This document shows positions 1 to 11,700 of a stretch of 64,000 nucleotides of DNA, in pieces. The notes beneath the pieces were generated by a model. It was not told where the DNA came from. It saw only the letters and a list, made by a program, of their open reading frames with translations, and searched no databases. The stretch's first letter is position 1. Each line of letters opens with the position of its first letter. Origin of the DNA: Vicugna vicugna (Eukaryota); assembly GCA_013265495.1 (NCBI GenBank), contig MU058059.1:3573502-3637501 (forward strand), read 5' to 3'. The translations under genes and the position numbers were made by a program.

Positions 1-1610
1 TATTTAATTGTCCCAGGACCATTGGTTGATTAGATAATTTTTTTCCCATTGAATTTTCTTGGCGTTTTTGTCAAAAATTTGTTGACCATAAATGTAAAGT
101 CTTATTTAGGGGTTCTTAATTCCATTCAGTTGACGTATACGTCTCCTCTTACGCATTACAATATTATTTAAATTGTTGTCGTGTTTTAGGAAGTTTGAAA
201 TTAGGAATGGTAAGTCCTCCAATTTTATCCTTCTTTTTCAAGATTGTTTGACTATTCTGGAGGACCCAGAAAAAAACGAATTGCATTTCCATAAGAATTT
301 GAGGATCCACCCCTCAACTTCTGCAAAAAGGGCAGCTGGAATTTGAATAGGAATTAAACTGAATCTAGAGATTCAGTGTGTTGAATCTCAAGAACAATTT
401 AGGGGTATTACCATCTTAATATTTTCTTCCAATCTGTGAATAGGAGATGTCTTTCCATTTTATTTAGGTTTTCTGTAATTTCTTTTAGCAATGTTCTGTG
501 GTTTTCAGTGTATAAGTTGTGCGTTTCTTTTGTTGTATTTATTCCTAAGTATTTTATGTTTTGGATGCTATTGTGAATGGGGGGGTTGTTAATTTCATTT
601 ACGGCACATTCCTCGCTAGTGATGCAGGGTTATGGTGTCTGTGAATAGAGACAGTTTTACTTCCTCCTTTCCAGTCTGGGTGCCTTTTATTTCTTTTTCT
701 TGTCTCAGTACCCTGTGTAGACACTCTAATACAATGCTGAGTAGCAGTGACAAAAAGTGGACATTCTTGTCTTCTTCCTGATCTTAGGGGCAAAGGATTT
801 AGTCGTCTGTTAAGTATGATGTTAGCTGTAGGTTTCGTGTGGATCTTCTTCATCAGCTTGAGGGCGTTCCTTTCTATTCCTAGTTTGTTGAGGCTGTTTT
901 TTTCTCATCATGAGTGTTGGGCTTTGTTACATGCTGTTTCTGTATCTTTTGAGATGGTCGTATGTTTTTTTCTCCTTTATTCTGTTAATATAATGTATTT
1001 TTATTAACCAATTATTGGACTAGCTGTGCATCTTTGGAATAAATCCCACATATCTGGGGTGAGCAAATCCTTCATGTGTTTCTGGATTGGCTTTGCTGGC
1101 ACTTTGTTGGGGGTTTAGGTCTATAGTCATGAGGGATGTTGGTCCGTAGTTTGTTTTTGGTCCTGTCTGTTGGGTGTTGGTATCAGGGCAGTAGACCTTG
1201 TAGAATGGGCTTAGAAGTGTTCCCTCCTTCTCTGTTTTCTAGAAGAGTTTGTGAAGGATAGGTGCTCATTCTTCTTCGGGTATTTGATGAAATCACCAGT
1301 GAAGCCAGTGGACCTAGGCTTTGTCCTGGAAAGATTTTTAATTACGAATCCAATTTCTTCACTTGCTATAGGCATGCTCAAGTTTTCTAGTATTTCTTGA
1401 GTTAGTTTGACTAGTCCATGTGTTTTTAGGAAGTTGTCCACTTATCTAAGCTATCGAATTTGTTTTCTTATTTCATGGCAGTCTCCCATCACCCTTTCCA
1501 TTTTTATAAGGTTAGTAGTGATGTCTGTGCTTTTAGAACTGATTTTAGAATTTTAGTCTGCTCTCTTTTCTCGTTTGGTCTAGCGGATAGTTTGTCAGTT
1601 TTGTTGATAC
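1..1610 (-). mobile_element. Degenerate LINE-1 ORF2 fragment (linker to reverse-transcriptase region), continuing past the left window edge
   Basis: Minus-strand ORFs 599-853 ([21 protein letters not shown]) and 1211-1441 (MDNFLKTH..LTQEILENLSMPI..GFTGDF) resemble L1 ORF2p motifs KPTANIILNGEKL..LRSGTRQGCPL and MDKFLDTY..LNQEEVESLNRPI..DGFTAEF. Many stops and frameshifts. Confidence 0.9.
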
Positions 1611-1612
1611 GT

Positions 1613-1800
1613 CAAAAAACTTGCACATGAATATTCATAGAAGGCTTATTTGTAACAGCTTCAAAGCTGAATCAGCCCAGGTGTCCTTCAGCAAGCACCG
1701 TGTGTGCAGCCATGCCATGGAATACTACTCAGCAGTGAAAAGGAACCAGCCACTTAAACTAGCAGCCTGGACGAACCTCCAGGGAAAGATGCTGGAAAAA
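1613..1800 (+). mobile_element. LINE-1 fragment (ORF2 C-terminus / start of 3' UTR), sense orientation
   Basis: ttgcacatgaatattcatag...atggaatactactcagcagtgaaaaggaac resembles the conserved L1 end-of-ORF2 sequence. Confidence 0.7.
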
Positions 1801-3493
1801 TTTCAATTAACAGAAGTTGGATTTAGATCAGAATAATAAGGAAATATTATTAGGACAGTGGTGTGTGTGGATAGACATGAATGTTGTATATATTATATGT
1901 GATTAACTGAAGTTTTGTAAACATATGTGACCAAATGATGAATTTAACCGCCCTCACCCCAACACACACACTCACTGTACAGGAGAAAATCAGGGTGGCT
2001 ATATTAAAACCCAGCTCAGGAGGGCGGGGCAGGGGAAGCCTGATGGGTTGGCCTTGCCCAGAGGGTGCACTGTCTCCCGCTAGACAGAAATAGTCTGGTA
2101 AACGACGGGGCTGCGGGCCTCTCCGGCACCTGCTGCTGACACCCGCCCCTGGCGGTGGAATCCCGTTCTTGGGCAGCCAATCCCGCTGCTCCAGATTCTG
2201 CCTGCTGGTCCGATTTTTCTGGGGTGCTAGCCAAGCCTCTGCACCCTGGACCTTATTTAGAACCTGGCCTTCTTGTACTCTCAGCTAAAACTCTGTGCTC
2301 TTCTGTAATTGCCAGAAGACTGTGCGTTATTTTTCACCGGGGATTGAAGAGAAGTCTGTAGATTTGGCACGTGCATGTGTGTGTAGGTGGAACCAGGCTC
2401 ACCTAACAGACTACGTTGTGTAAGCTTGTAAATCCTTGAGTGGAGCTGTGCCTGGCGTATTCTGAGCGTGCGCTGAATTTAAACGCGATTCACTCCCCAA
2501 ACTTGGCTGAGCCCACTGGAGGCATTTGTGTGCAGGAGTGCCTCTCGGGGTGGGGGTGCCGATCACGGGGTCAGTGGGGTTCATACCCACACATGTCCCA
2601 GAGGTAGAGCAGTCTGGCCACACCCCAGGGGGAAAGGTGTTCCGGGGCACCTGGTCCAGAGAACTCGGTTTCCAGTTGGAATTTGTGTTTCCACTCGTGA
2701 TCTCTGTACGAGGTTTCCCTGAGTGCCGTGAAGAATGCTAGACAGAACCTCCTGGTGCTCAGATTATTGTGAAATTGGAGTCACGTGTAGTCTCTGAGTC
2801 AGAGGCCACGAAGCAAAGCAGAACTGGCCACGCTGTCCGTGAGAAGACTGTCCCAGCTGGCGCACAGCAGGTGCTGCGGGGGCGTCACTTCCCTCCTCTT
2901 CTGCCCTCCCCCCATGTCTCCCTCCCCAAGGAGGGCGGCCTCAGAGAGAAGCTCTGGTAACAGCTCCCAGAGGAGCGTGTGGCTCCTGATGGGGCCTGTG
3001 GGACGGGCCGCCCCCTTCTCCCTGCCATCTGCTCGTGGGGGACATTTTAGGGACACACAGGGTTGAAGAAGGTCAGAGAACCTGGGCTGAGCTGACTGTG
3101 CGGGCCCCGCGGGGCAGGAGGAGCAGGGACAGGCGGAGCAGAGAGCCGGACGGTGCAGGAGGGGTGGACACGCATGCTGAGCTTCTGCACAAGTCACCAG
3201 AGGCCTTGGGATAATTCCAGGCGACTCTGTGGACGGCACACTTGTCCTGGGGTCTAGACAGAAAAGAAACCTTCTCAGAAAGTCTGGGGAGCCTACAGGA
3301 GACTGCATGGCCTTGTCCTGGGCCTGCTGGAAAAATTAGGGCAAAGAAACCTGGAAAAGAAAAAAAGAAATAGGTCACCTCGCTTCGGGAGTTTGAACAT
3401 AAGACACATGGGGCACGTGTCAGAGTTCAGATTCCAGGACCCAGTTCCCCAGATTCTCATTCGATTAGCAAGAGCAGGCTGGGGACAGATGCA

Positions 3494-3745
3494 TTTTTTA
3501 ATTAATTTTTTTTTATTGAAATGTAGTTGATTTACAGTGTTAGTTTTAGGTGTACAGCAGAGTTATTGAGTTGTACGTATACATACGTACGTACGTGTAT
3601 GTTCAGATTCTTGCTCATTATAGGTTCCTACAAGACACTGGATGCAGCTCCCTGTGCTGTGCAGCAGCCCTTGTTGTTTCTCTGCTTTGTGTATAGTGCT
3701 TTGTGTCTGCAGTTTATCCCTCCCTTCCCCGCTCCTTGGTAAGTG
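3494..3745 (-). mobile_element. LINE-1 3' end with poly(A) tail (seen as a T-tract)
   Basis: T-rich tail followed by ttattgaaatgtagttgatttacagtgttagttttaggtgtacagc...cctgtgctgtgcagcag. A near-identical motif recurs at 21658. Confidence 0.75.
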
Positions 3746-4575
3746 ATTCTTTTACACATAAGTGGCCCGAGGCCTCGGGAAAGTATGGCTTTAGGTGATT
3801 GGAGTGATGGGAGGGAAGAAGGAGGAGGCCCCGGGACCTGGCTGGGCATCTGACCGCCGGCTGCACCTGCCTGGGCCTCCCTGCCGCCCCTCGGACCTCA
3901 CGGAGAACAGAAACAGTGGCCAGTTGTCACTCCGGGCCCGGAAGGAGCACCGCGGACCCAGAGTCTCGTGCCTTCCGAGGCAGCCCCAGTCCTCTTCTCC
4001 CTCTTTCGCGTTTCACATTGGTGGTTGTCGGGAGGAAAGATGTGATGGGCTGATTTGCCTCCATCTAGTAACATCAGACTGCCCCTGGACCAGCGCCCCG
4101 TGCCAGCCACCCCCAGATGGTGGGGCCCCTCAGGCCCAACCTGTGCTCAGTTGCCTTGGCTTGCGCCAGGGGTTAGGATCACCTGGCCGTGGTGCCTTCA
4201 TGAGGGAGGCGGCAGGTATCTTCGGGACCATCTGCTTTAATCGGCGATCGGGGAAGGGTCCAGCAGGTGTCCAGGTTAGAGGAAGAAGAGGATATCCTGT
4301 CCTACCCCAACCATTCAACCAGAATTACCCCCTTGGCGTTCCCCATCAGCCGTGCAAGCACGCCGTGGTCTGCAGCCATTGTAATAAGTGATTTACTGGA
4401 GAAACTCCTCGCACCACACCTTCCCTCAGAGCAGGCTCCGTTCTGTCTGCTTTGCCTCATCTGCTCTTCCTGACTGTGCAACCTCGACTGCACAAACCTC
4501 CTTTGACCTCTCCAGATGAGGAGCCCTTCCTGCCTTTCTTGACCACTTAGACATTGGCCTGCCTCGAATGGATTC

Positions 4576-4694
4576 TTTTTTTTTTTTAATTTTTAAAATT
4601 TCTTTTCTTTTTTTTTTTAATGAAAGTATTGGGGATTGGACCCAGGACCTCGTACATGCTAAGCAGGCACTCTACCACTGCGCTGTCCCACCCC
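4576..4694 (-). mobile_element. tRNA-Ala-derived SINE (vic-1-like)
   Basis: The reverse complement gives a tRNA-like head (cagtggtagagtgcctgcttagcatgtacgaggtcctgggtccaatccccaatac) plus an A-rich tail. Confidence 0.85.
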
Positions 4695-5599
4695 ACAGTG
4701 ATTCTAATTTGACCTGCTCTTCAAGCTCAGGGGTCTCCTGTTGACCTTGCCTTGGAATCCCACCCATCACTAGCATGTTTAGGGCTGCGAGTGAGTTGGA
4801 GAGGCTGAAGGAGTGATTGTGCAGAGGTGCTGATAGGAGAAGGCTCCTTGGCCCTAATTTATTTTATTTTGCAAATGGTAGCAGTGGGAAGTTACCCACC
4901 CCAAGTGGTGGTGGTGACTGGGGGTGGGAGCGGCGGGGGTGATGGCCCAGGGATGGCTCCTCTATCCCGGATCCTCTTTGCCCAGGGTTCCACCCACCTC
5001 CTTACATACAGTCCTGGAGATAATCAGGAATGGAACCCTGACTCTGCGACCTCAGACCAACACTTCTCGTATCTCTAAGAGAAACATGGAGAGAGAGTGG
5101 TCGGGAGGCTGCCTGTGAGTCAAGAATTTTTTCCCAGATTAGAGGTTGTGCTCCAGGAGGGGAGCAGCTGGGGGTAGGAGTGAACCCAGGCTGGGGTAGG
5201 AGGATAATTTATCCTCCCAGTTATTCCATCAGCCCATGAGGTTTGGTGGTCCTTTTGTGTGGCACAGATTACTATGGGAAATACATGAAAAGAGAAGAAA
5301 ATATATCCTTAGAGCTATTGACTCTGACTTGGGGGAGCCAAGAGTAGTGTACATATAAATTTATAAAGAATGGAAAGCAGTCTTTAAAGTACACCTGAAA
5401 CACTTGCGTGTTTTCAAGAACAATATGAATTTTAAAGAGTAAAATGAACAGCTGTGTACCTATGAGTGACCTCCCTCCCCAGTCCCATCTCTCCATCCAG
5501 AAGCAGCCGCTGCCTGACTTCCATGATAATCACCTCATTCTTTCTTTCTTTCTTTCTACTTTGCCGCCCTTGTTTGCACTTCTAAAGCGTAGATCTTGG

Positions 5600-6720
5600 C
5601 TTGCGGATTTGGGGACTTTGCATAAATGGACTAACCCCGCGGGTGTCACATGAGGGTTGGGGGACTCATCCTGACACAGGTGCGCTGACGAGGACCACGC
5701 GGCTTAGCTGTCCATCCTGCAGCCGATGGTTTTGGAGTTGCTTCCGGCTTCTTGTCGTGCACACTGCTCCCCAGCATTCTTGCATGTCGCGTAGTGCCAG
5801 GTGCAAGCGTTCCTCTCGGTGCGTGGGTCTGAGTCTCACTGCCGAGTCTCGGGGTGGGTGCCTGCTCGGGTTTACTCGGTGACGCCGGGGCTTTCCGCCG
5901 TGGGCACGGTGGCGTGGAGACTGCCTGCTGCTCCCCGCCCGCGCATGGCTGGGTACTCTGAGACTCAGGCTGCGGGGACCTGATGAGAATTTCAGTTTGC
6001 ATGTCCCCGGTTACCAGCGACGCTGGGTGTTTTTATGTGCTTACTGGCCATTCACGTTTCCCCTTGTATGAAGAGCCTGTTCAGGTCTTTGCCACTTTTT
6101 CTATTGGGTTATTTGCCTTAATCCTGTTTATTCAATGTGTGCACATAGGCATATAATTACTCACAGAATTTGCATATGTGTAAATGCATATATATTTGAT
6201 GGTATGTGTCAAAATAGCTTCTTCAAATTTATGCCTTTCTTCCCACTCTCTTTACATTGCCTTTGCACCAGCAGAAGCCCGTCATTCCTATGTAAGAGGA
6301 TTTATCCATTTTCTCCTTTATGCTTTTTTGGGGGGAGGGGGGAGGGAGGAAGGGTGAGTCTTATTTAAGAAATCTTTCCAAACCCCTAAGAGCATACAGA
6401 TGTTCCCTTATGTTGACTACCTTTTCAACCGTTACGGTTCTGATTTCTGTCCGACTGTGAGTCACACGGCATTGGTTTGTGTATCTGCTGCTTGGTTTCT
6501 CCTGGGGAGGCATCCAGCGGAGTCGGCGGCGGTGGTGGCGAGGCCCGCTCTCTCCCCCCGATGCGGTGCGGTCCCCGCGCGGGTGCCCGGCGCGCACGGC
6601 CGTGTCCAGGGCGCTCTGCTCTGCCCCCTGGCTGCCTCGCCCGCCTCAGGCCTGTGCTGCATGGACTGCACCACCACAGCTTTGTCGTCTGGATAGACGG
6701 TTTTGGACTTTCAATCTGGG
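5600..6720 (-). mobile_element. Highly decayed old LINE-1 (L1M-type) remnant
   Basis: Recognisable antisense L1 phrases (tgcatgtccccggttaccagcgacgctg..ttttatgtgcttactggccattc..aagagcctgttcaggtctttgcc..ttttctattgggtt) in a strongly diverged background. Boundaries approximate. Confidence 0.55.
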
Positions 6721-6886
6721 ATCCCTCTAGCCAATATCGGTTGGGCCCAGAGAAGGTTTCGGGAGAGTGCATGGGGTGGATGTGTGTGCTGTGGTCCAGT
6801 GGAGATTAGGAGAGTGTGGGGCCCAAGTCTACATGTGGGGAAGGTGTGCGTGTTGGGGAATGTTTATTTTTATGGCCAATTTTGAA

Positions 6887-8270
6887 AATATTTAAATAAA
6901 CTTTATTTTAGAATAGTTTGCTATTTACAGAAAAGTTGCAAAGATGGTGCAGAATTCCCACATGCCCCCATCCAGTTTCCCCTGTTGCTAACATCTCACG
7001 TTAACAACTGCGGCACATTTATCACAACTAACGAGCAACGTTGATACTTTATTATTAACTGCAGCCCATGCTTTACGCAGTCTTGTTACTTTTCCCCTCG
7101 ACGTCCCTCTTTGTTCTGGGACCCCATCCAGAACAGCGTAGTGGATTCAGTCGTCATAGCTTTTTATTTTTTTAATTTTGTGCGGAGGTAATTAGGGTTA
7201 TTTACTTATTTTTAGAGGAGGGACTGGGGATTGGACCCAGGACCTCGTGCGTGCTGAGCACGTACTTTCCCACTGAGCTGTGCCCTCCACTCTCATATCT
7301 TGTTAGGACCCTTTGGGCAGTGACAGTTCCTCAGACTCCTTTGTTCTCCGTGACCTTGACAGTGTTCAGTCCTAGTCAGACAGTTTGGAGACTCCGTCTC
7401 AGCTGGGGTTTGTGGAATCCGTTCCTGACTATTAGACTCGGGGTATGTGGTTTGGAGAGAGAGACCACAGTGGGGACATGCTACTTTCACCGCTTGGTTA
7501 TTAATTAAACATCGCAGGGTTCACGTTATCAGCGTGACTCGTCATCCCTGATGGTGCTGACCTTGACCCCCGGCTGAGGGAGCGGCCGTCAGGTTTCTCT
7601 GCTGTGCAGCCCCCCGCTTCCTTCCTGTGCACTTTGTCCCTGTGCACAGCCCTCACTCGGCGCCACTGCCTCCGGGGAGGAGTACCTGCATCAGTTATTT
7701 GTAATAATTAATCTTCTGCAGCTGAAATTTGTGTCCCCCCCCCCATTGATTTATTCAGTCATTCATTTTTATCAGTGTGGACTCATGGATATTTATTTTG
7801 TACTTTAAGTTATAATGCAATATTGTGTCATTTAATTTTTGCTCAAATTGCTCCAACTTTGGCCACAGGAGACCTTTCTGTTGGCTCCTGTGTCCCTTTA
7901 ACATAGGCCCATTGTTTTCGTTTTGGGGCACTTCCCTACTTTTTGCCAAAATAAGGTGTTCCAGGCTTGTCTTGTATGTTTTAGGCACAGCCCATGACTC
8001 AGCGATTTCTCCAAGCAGCCCTCATTCCTTTTATTGACGGAGGATATTTAGAAACCAAGATCTGGGCTGGGTGTGCTCATTGCTGCTAGGGTGTCCTTGA
8101 GTCTAGGCCGTCTTAGTGAGCAGAGCTAGGAAGCGTATGTATGCGTGCTAGCTAACTTGAGTTTGTACACTTATCTGTAATTATTTCTGTAGGTATCAAT
8201 CTGCATCTGCGTTAAGAGAAACACACGCTTGTGTTGATGCCTCTGACTCGAATCCAGAACTGCAGGGCTC
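6887..8270 (-). mobile_element. Old L1M-type 3' UTR remnant, interrupted by a SINE at 7161-7288
   Basis: Starts with aaactttattttagaatagtttgctatttacagaaaagttgcaaagat..catccagtttcccctgttgctaacatct, typical of L1MC/MD 3' ends. Subfamily not determined. Confidence 0.6.
7161..7288 (-). mobile_element. tRNA-Ala-derived SINE (vic-1-like)
   Basis: gaggtaattaggg..ggggattggacccaggacctcgtgcgtgctgagcacgtactttcccactgagctgtgccctcc; same architecture as the other copies. Confidence 0.85.
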
Positions 8271-8559
8271 ACGCTAAATTTCTCTAGGGGGTCAGGGAGG
8301 GATGTTCGAAAAAGTCATCCACTGATGTGTGATTAGGCAGAGGGGTAAGCTTTTGTTCCTGGGGATTTTCTTAGAAGATACAATATTCTTTCCCCTTTCA
8401 CTTTCCGCATTGCCCAGAGCTTTCAGAGCTCAAAATGTAACTTCTGTGAAGAATTTCAGCCATGTCAGGGGCACGGTATTTGTTTATCTTTATTTACTAT
8501 TCACTTAGGCAGTGAACTGAAAACCAGTTAACCATCGTCATCCTCATCCTGGTCCACCT

Positions 8560-8740
8560 GAATTCAGTGCTCACTACGCACTGCGTAGTCTGTGTTCATC
8601 CCAGCCCTGTGAGAGATACACGCATTCTCCCATCTTACCGTAAGGACGCGGAGGCACGGAGCTGGGGAGCTGGCCCGAGTCCTGTGGCTCAGAGGCGTGG
8701 GCCCAGCTTCAGACCCAGGGAGTCCGTCCCAGAGCTGACA
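8560..8740 (-). mobile_element. MIR SINE remnant
   Basis: agccctgtgaga..cccatcttaccgtaaggacgcggaggcacggag..cttcagacccaggga resembles the MIR core. Confidence 0.55.
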
Positions 8741-10084
8741 TTTAAATTCGTCTTGTAAGAAGTGCAAGCAGGATCCATGAGGGAAAATCATTTCTGAACC
8801 ACCAGGCAGCTGATTTGATTCTGCTCAGAGAATTTGCGCTAACAGGTTTTTCCAGTGTTTCTCTCTGACCTCAAGGCACTAGCCAAAATTTCTGTCTGGA
8901 GAAGAGGTGTTAAGAGGGAATGAATGGCCAGCCCCTCCTTGGGAACCCGTGTTTTCTGCTCAGCCCTCATTTGATTCAAATTCTGACCTTTTCCATGAGA
9001 AACAGTCCCTCTGAGTCTGCGGCAGGAACCTGACACTGCTTGTTTGAACTTGACACCAGGAATGTGGCCGCACGTGAACAGCCTTTATGGACAGCAGGCA
9101 TGGCCCCCTGGGACAGACATTCTTCCCAGGGGACACACGTCAGCTGCTTTAACTGTGAGTGCTTGGGTCGTTGTAAAGTGTGATCGTCCAATGAGGTACT
9201 TATGGCGAAGGTAGTAATTCTTATCTTGTAAAGTTCATTTAAGTTTTAGTTCCACCTCACAGGTAAGGAGTGTCGAGAAGAACTGGCATTTTGAACAGAG
9301 ATTTTGCTGCTTTAATTATTGCTAAAATGATTGCCTCCTCCGGGCGTTACCCAGATATCTTGGATGTTGAGAGGTGACAGGAGGTGATGGGGGCACAGCA
9401 AGCCCCGAGTAGCCGCTTCAGCGGCTGTGGAGGGAGTGGGGGAGACCGAGGGCACTGGCGGCGTGTGGCAGCCTCTGCACACAGCCTGCAACCGTCGTCC
9501 GCTGGGCTTTGGTGAAACATGGTGAACGATTTCCATGGCTTTCGGCTAGGATGCCTTAGACATGTGGGAACAATTCCAGCAGGCGTTCAACCGCTGTCTC
9601 CGCTCACGGCTGCCTTGCTGTGCGCTCATGGCCCTCTGGGTTGGCTGTTCAGGCTTTGAAGGTCTTGGAAGGTCGGGGAGAGAGTGAAAACACGGAGCAG
9701 GCATTTTTTAATGACATGGTAACTGTTGTATCCCTGGAGTCTGGCAGAATATAAAACGCTTGGTTATGGCCGGTGTGGTATTTTAGAAATGTAATATGCA
9801 CCAGAACACACCAGGAGCACCAGAACGTGTCTTTGGGGGAGAGCTCGTGCGGCCACTGTCCCTTTATTTTACCCCTTGTAACATGGTGCCTGATAAATGT
9901 ATCTTATTATATCCTAGGTGTAGGCATCTCGATACAGATTTCCACACTCTGGACTTTGCAGTGTCAGATGATGAATTGGACAGGCTGCAAAAATATCAGT
10001 CAGTGTTTTACAGCCTACCTTCTAGAGGAGTTATTCTCAAGCTATAGGAAACGTAAGAAGCTGCCAGGAAGTGGCTGAAATGCC

Positions 10085-10205
10085 TACGTCTGGCACTTGC
10101 CCAGAAGACATTCTGGTTCAGTAGGTCTGGGGACGGGGTCCCCATTTCTGACGAGCGCCGAGTAGTCACGGGCTGGGTGGTCTGTAGAACACACCTGAGA
10201 CTGAT
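10085..10205. mobile_element. MER5-like hAT DNA transposon remnant
   Basis: agacattctggttcagtaggtctgggg..catttctgacgagcgcc..tggtctgtagaacacacctgaga resembles the MER5A 3' half. Confidence 0.5.
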
Positions 10206-10609
10206 TCCCCGAAAGAGTTGAGGGGCCCCCTGGGGGCGTCCACGGAAGGCTGAGAGATGACTGCTGGGTGACCGAGAGGAGTGAGAGCTCTTGGATGTTT
10301 GTTCTCATTTCCTGTTTCTAGAAACTGAGAGATCTGCTTTTTAACTTACATGTTTAATTTCCTGGGAAAGTGAGGACTTTTGTGCACCTGCTCTAAGATA
10401 CCAGAAAACTCCTGAGAAGATGTGGTGCTTCTGCAGTTAACCACAAACTCTTAGGAATCGCATGGTGGTCCTGCCAGCAGTGTTTCAGCCTCCCTCTCTC
10501 TGTGCACGCTAACGCTGCAGAGGCGTGAATCTGATGCATGAGTCACATGACCCTCATTTTCATGTGCGCTCCTTTAAGTGTGAGCACAACTATCTACTAA
10601 AAAGCTATT

Positions 10610-11700
10610 CTTCACCTGTATACAAATAATAATCAATTAGAAAATCAAAGGGAAGGTAGAACTCCCTTTATAATAGCAGTATAAATCTGAGGAATAGGCT
10701 TTTATGATGTGTGCGTGTCATTTTTAAAATTTGAAATACTGTGATTCCTAGAAATGAATTTAGCAAGAAGCGAGCAGAGGCCTGTGTAGATAAACGTGGC
10801 AGCTGTAAGGTAAGACAGTGAAGAAGACTCTAACAAGTGAAAATAGGTACGTACTCCTGGGATAGGAAAACTGAGCAGTATTGTAAAGATGTCAGCTGGC
10901 TCTAACTTAAATCACAAATTCACTGGGACGCCAGGCAGGTTAATTGGAATCATTTAAAATAACACTTTAAAAGAGATTTTACAAAATGATCCTAAAACTC
11001 ACCTAGAAAAACAAACAGGCAGAAGTAGTATTGGAGGGACTGACCCCAGCAGATACTGAAAAATATTTTAATGATTCAGTAATAAATCAGCACAGCGTTG
11101 TCACGGACCTAGACAGAAAATCAGTGCACAGACTGCAGCGTCAAGAAGCAGAGTGAAATACGTAGCAATATTTAGTATGTGATAAAGGTGACATTTAAAA
11201 AAGAGCAAAAAAGGGATAGTTTATAGTTTGGGGGATAATTAGCTGGTCAGGAAAAATAAGAGAAAATTCAAAATGGATCGAGGATTTAAGTGTAAAGTAA
11301 CAAAGCCATAAAAATTGGAGAACACAGTTGAATTTTAAAAATAATTTTGGAGTTGAAACAAACTGTTCAATCATGATACAAACCCCAGAAGCCATAGAAG
11401 AAAATCACCAGTAAGTCTGCCTACATAGAAACTACTGTGTGGCAGAAATGCCACAAGCAACATCTGAATACAAATGATAAGCTGAAAAACATGTGGAAAA
11501 TATATTCTGAAGGGCTAGGTTCCTTTATATGCAAAGAGCACTTGCAAGTAAATAAGAAGAAAATCTAAACAGTCCAAACCAAAATGTGCAGAGAACACGC
11601 ACAAGAATGTGGCAGAACAAGAAATTCCCATAGCTGGTGAAAAGCTGTGCTCCATCTCTGAATAAAAGTTACTCAGAATTAATGTCAGACTTTTCTCATG
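10610..11700 (+). mobile_element. Degenerate LINE-1 ORF2 fragment, sense orientation
   Basis: A-rich tract with L1 ORF2 phrases (ctagaaatgaatttagcaagaag, gataggaaaact..attgtaaagatgtca, aaaatgatcctaaaactc, aattcaaaatggatc..gatttaagtgtaaa). Confidence 0.7.

Noticed and set aside
3795..4391. 198-aa ORF and other 100-190-aa ORFs in RAB31 introns and 3' UTR
   Set aside because: No domain similarity, many begin at non-ATG codons, and such ORFs are expected by chance in GC-rich intronic DNA.
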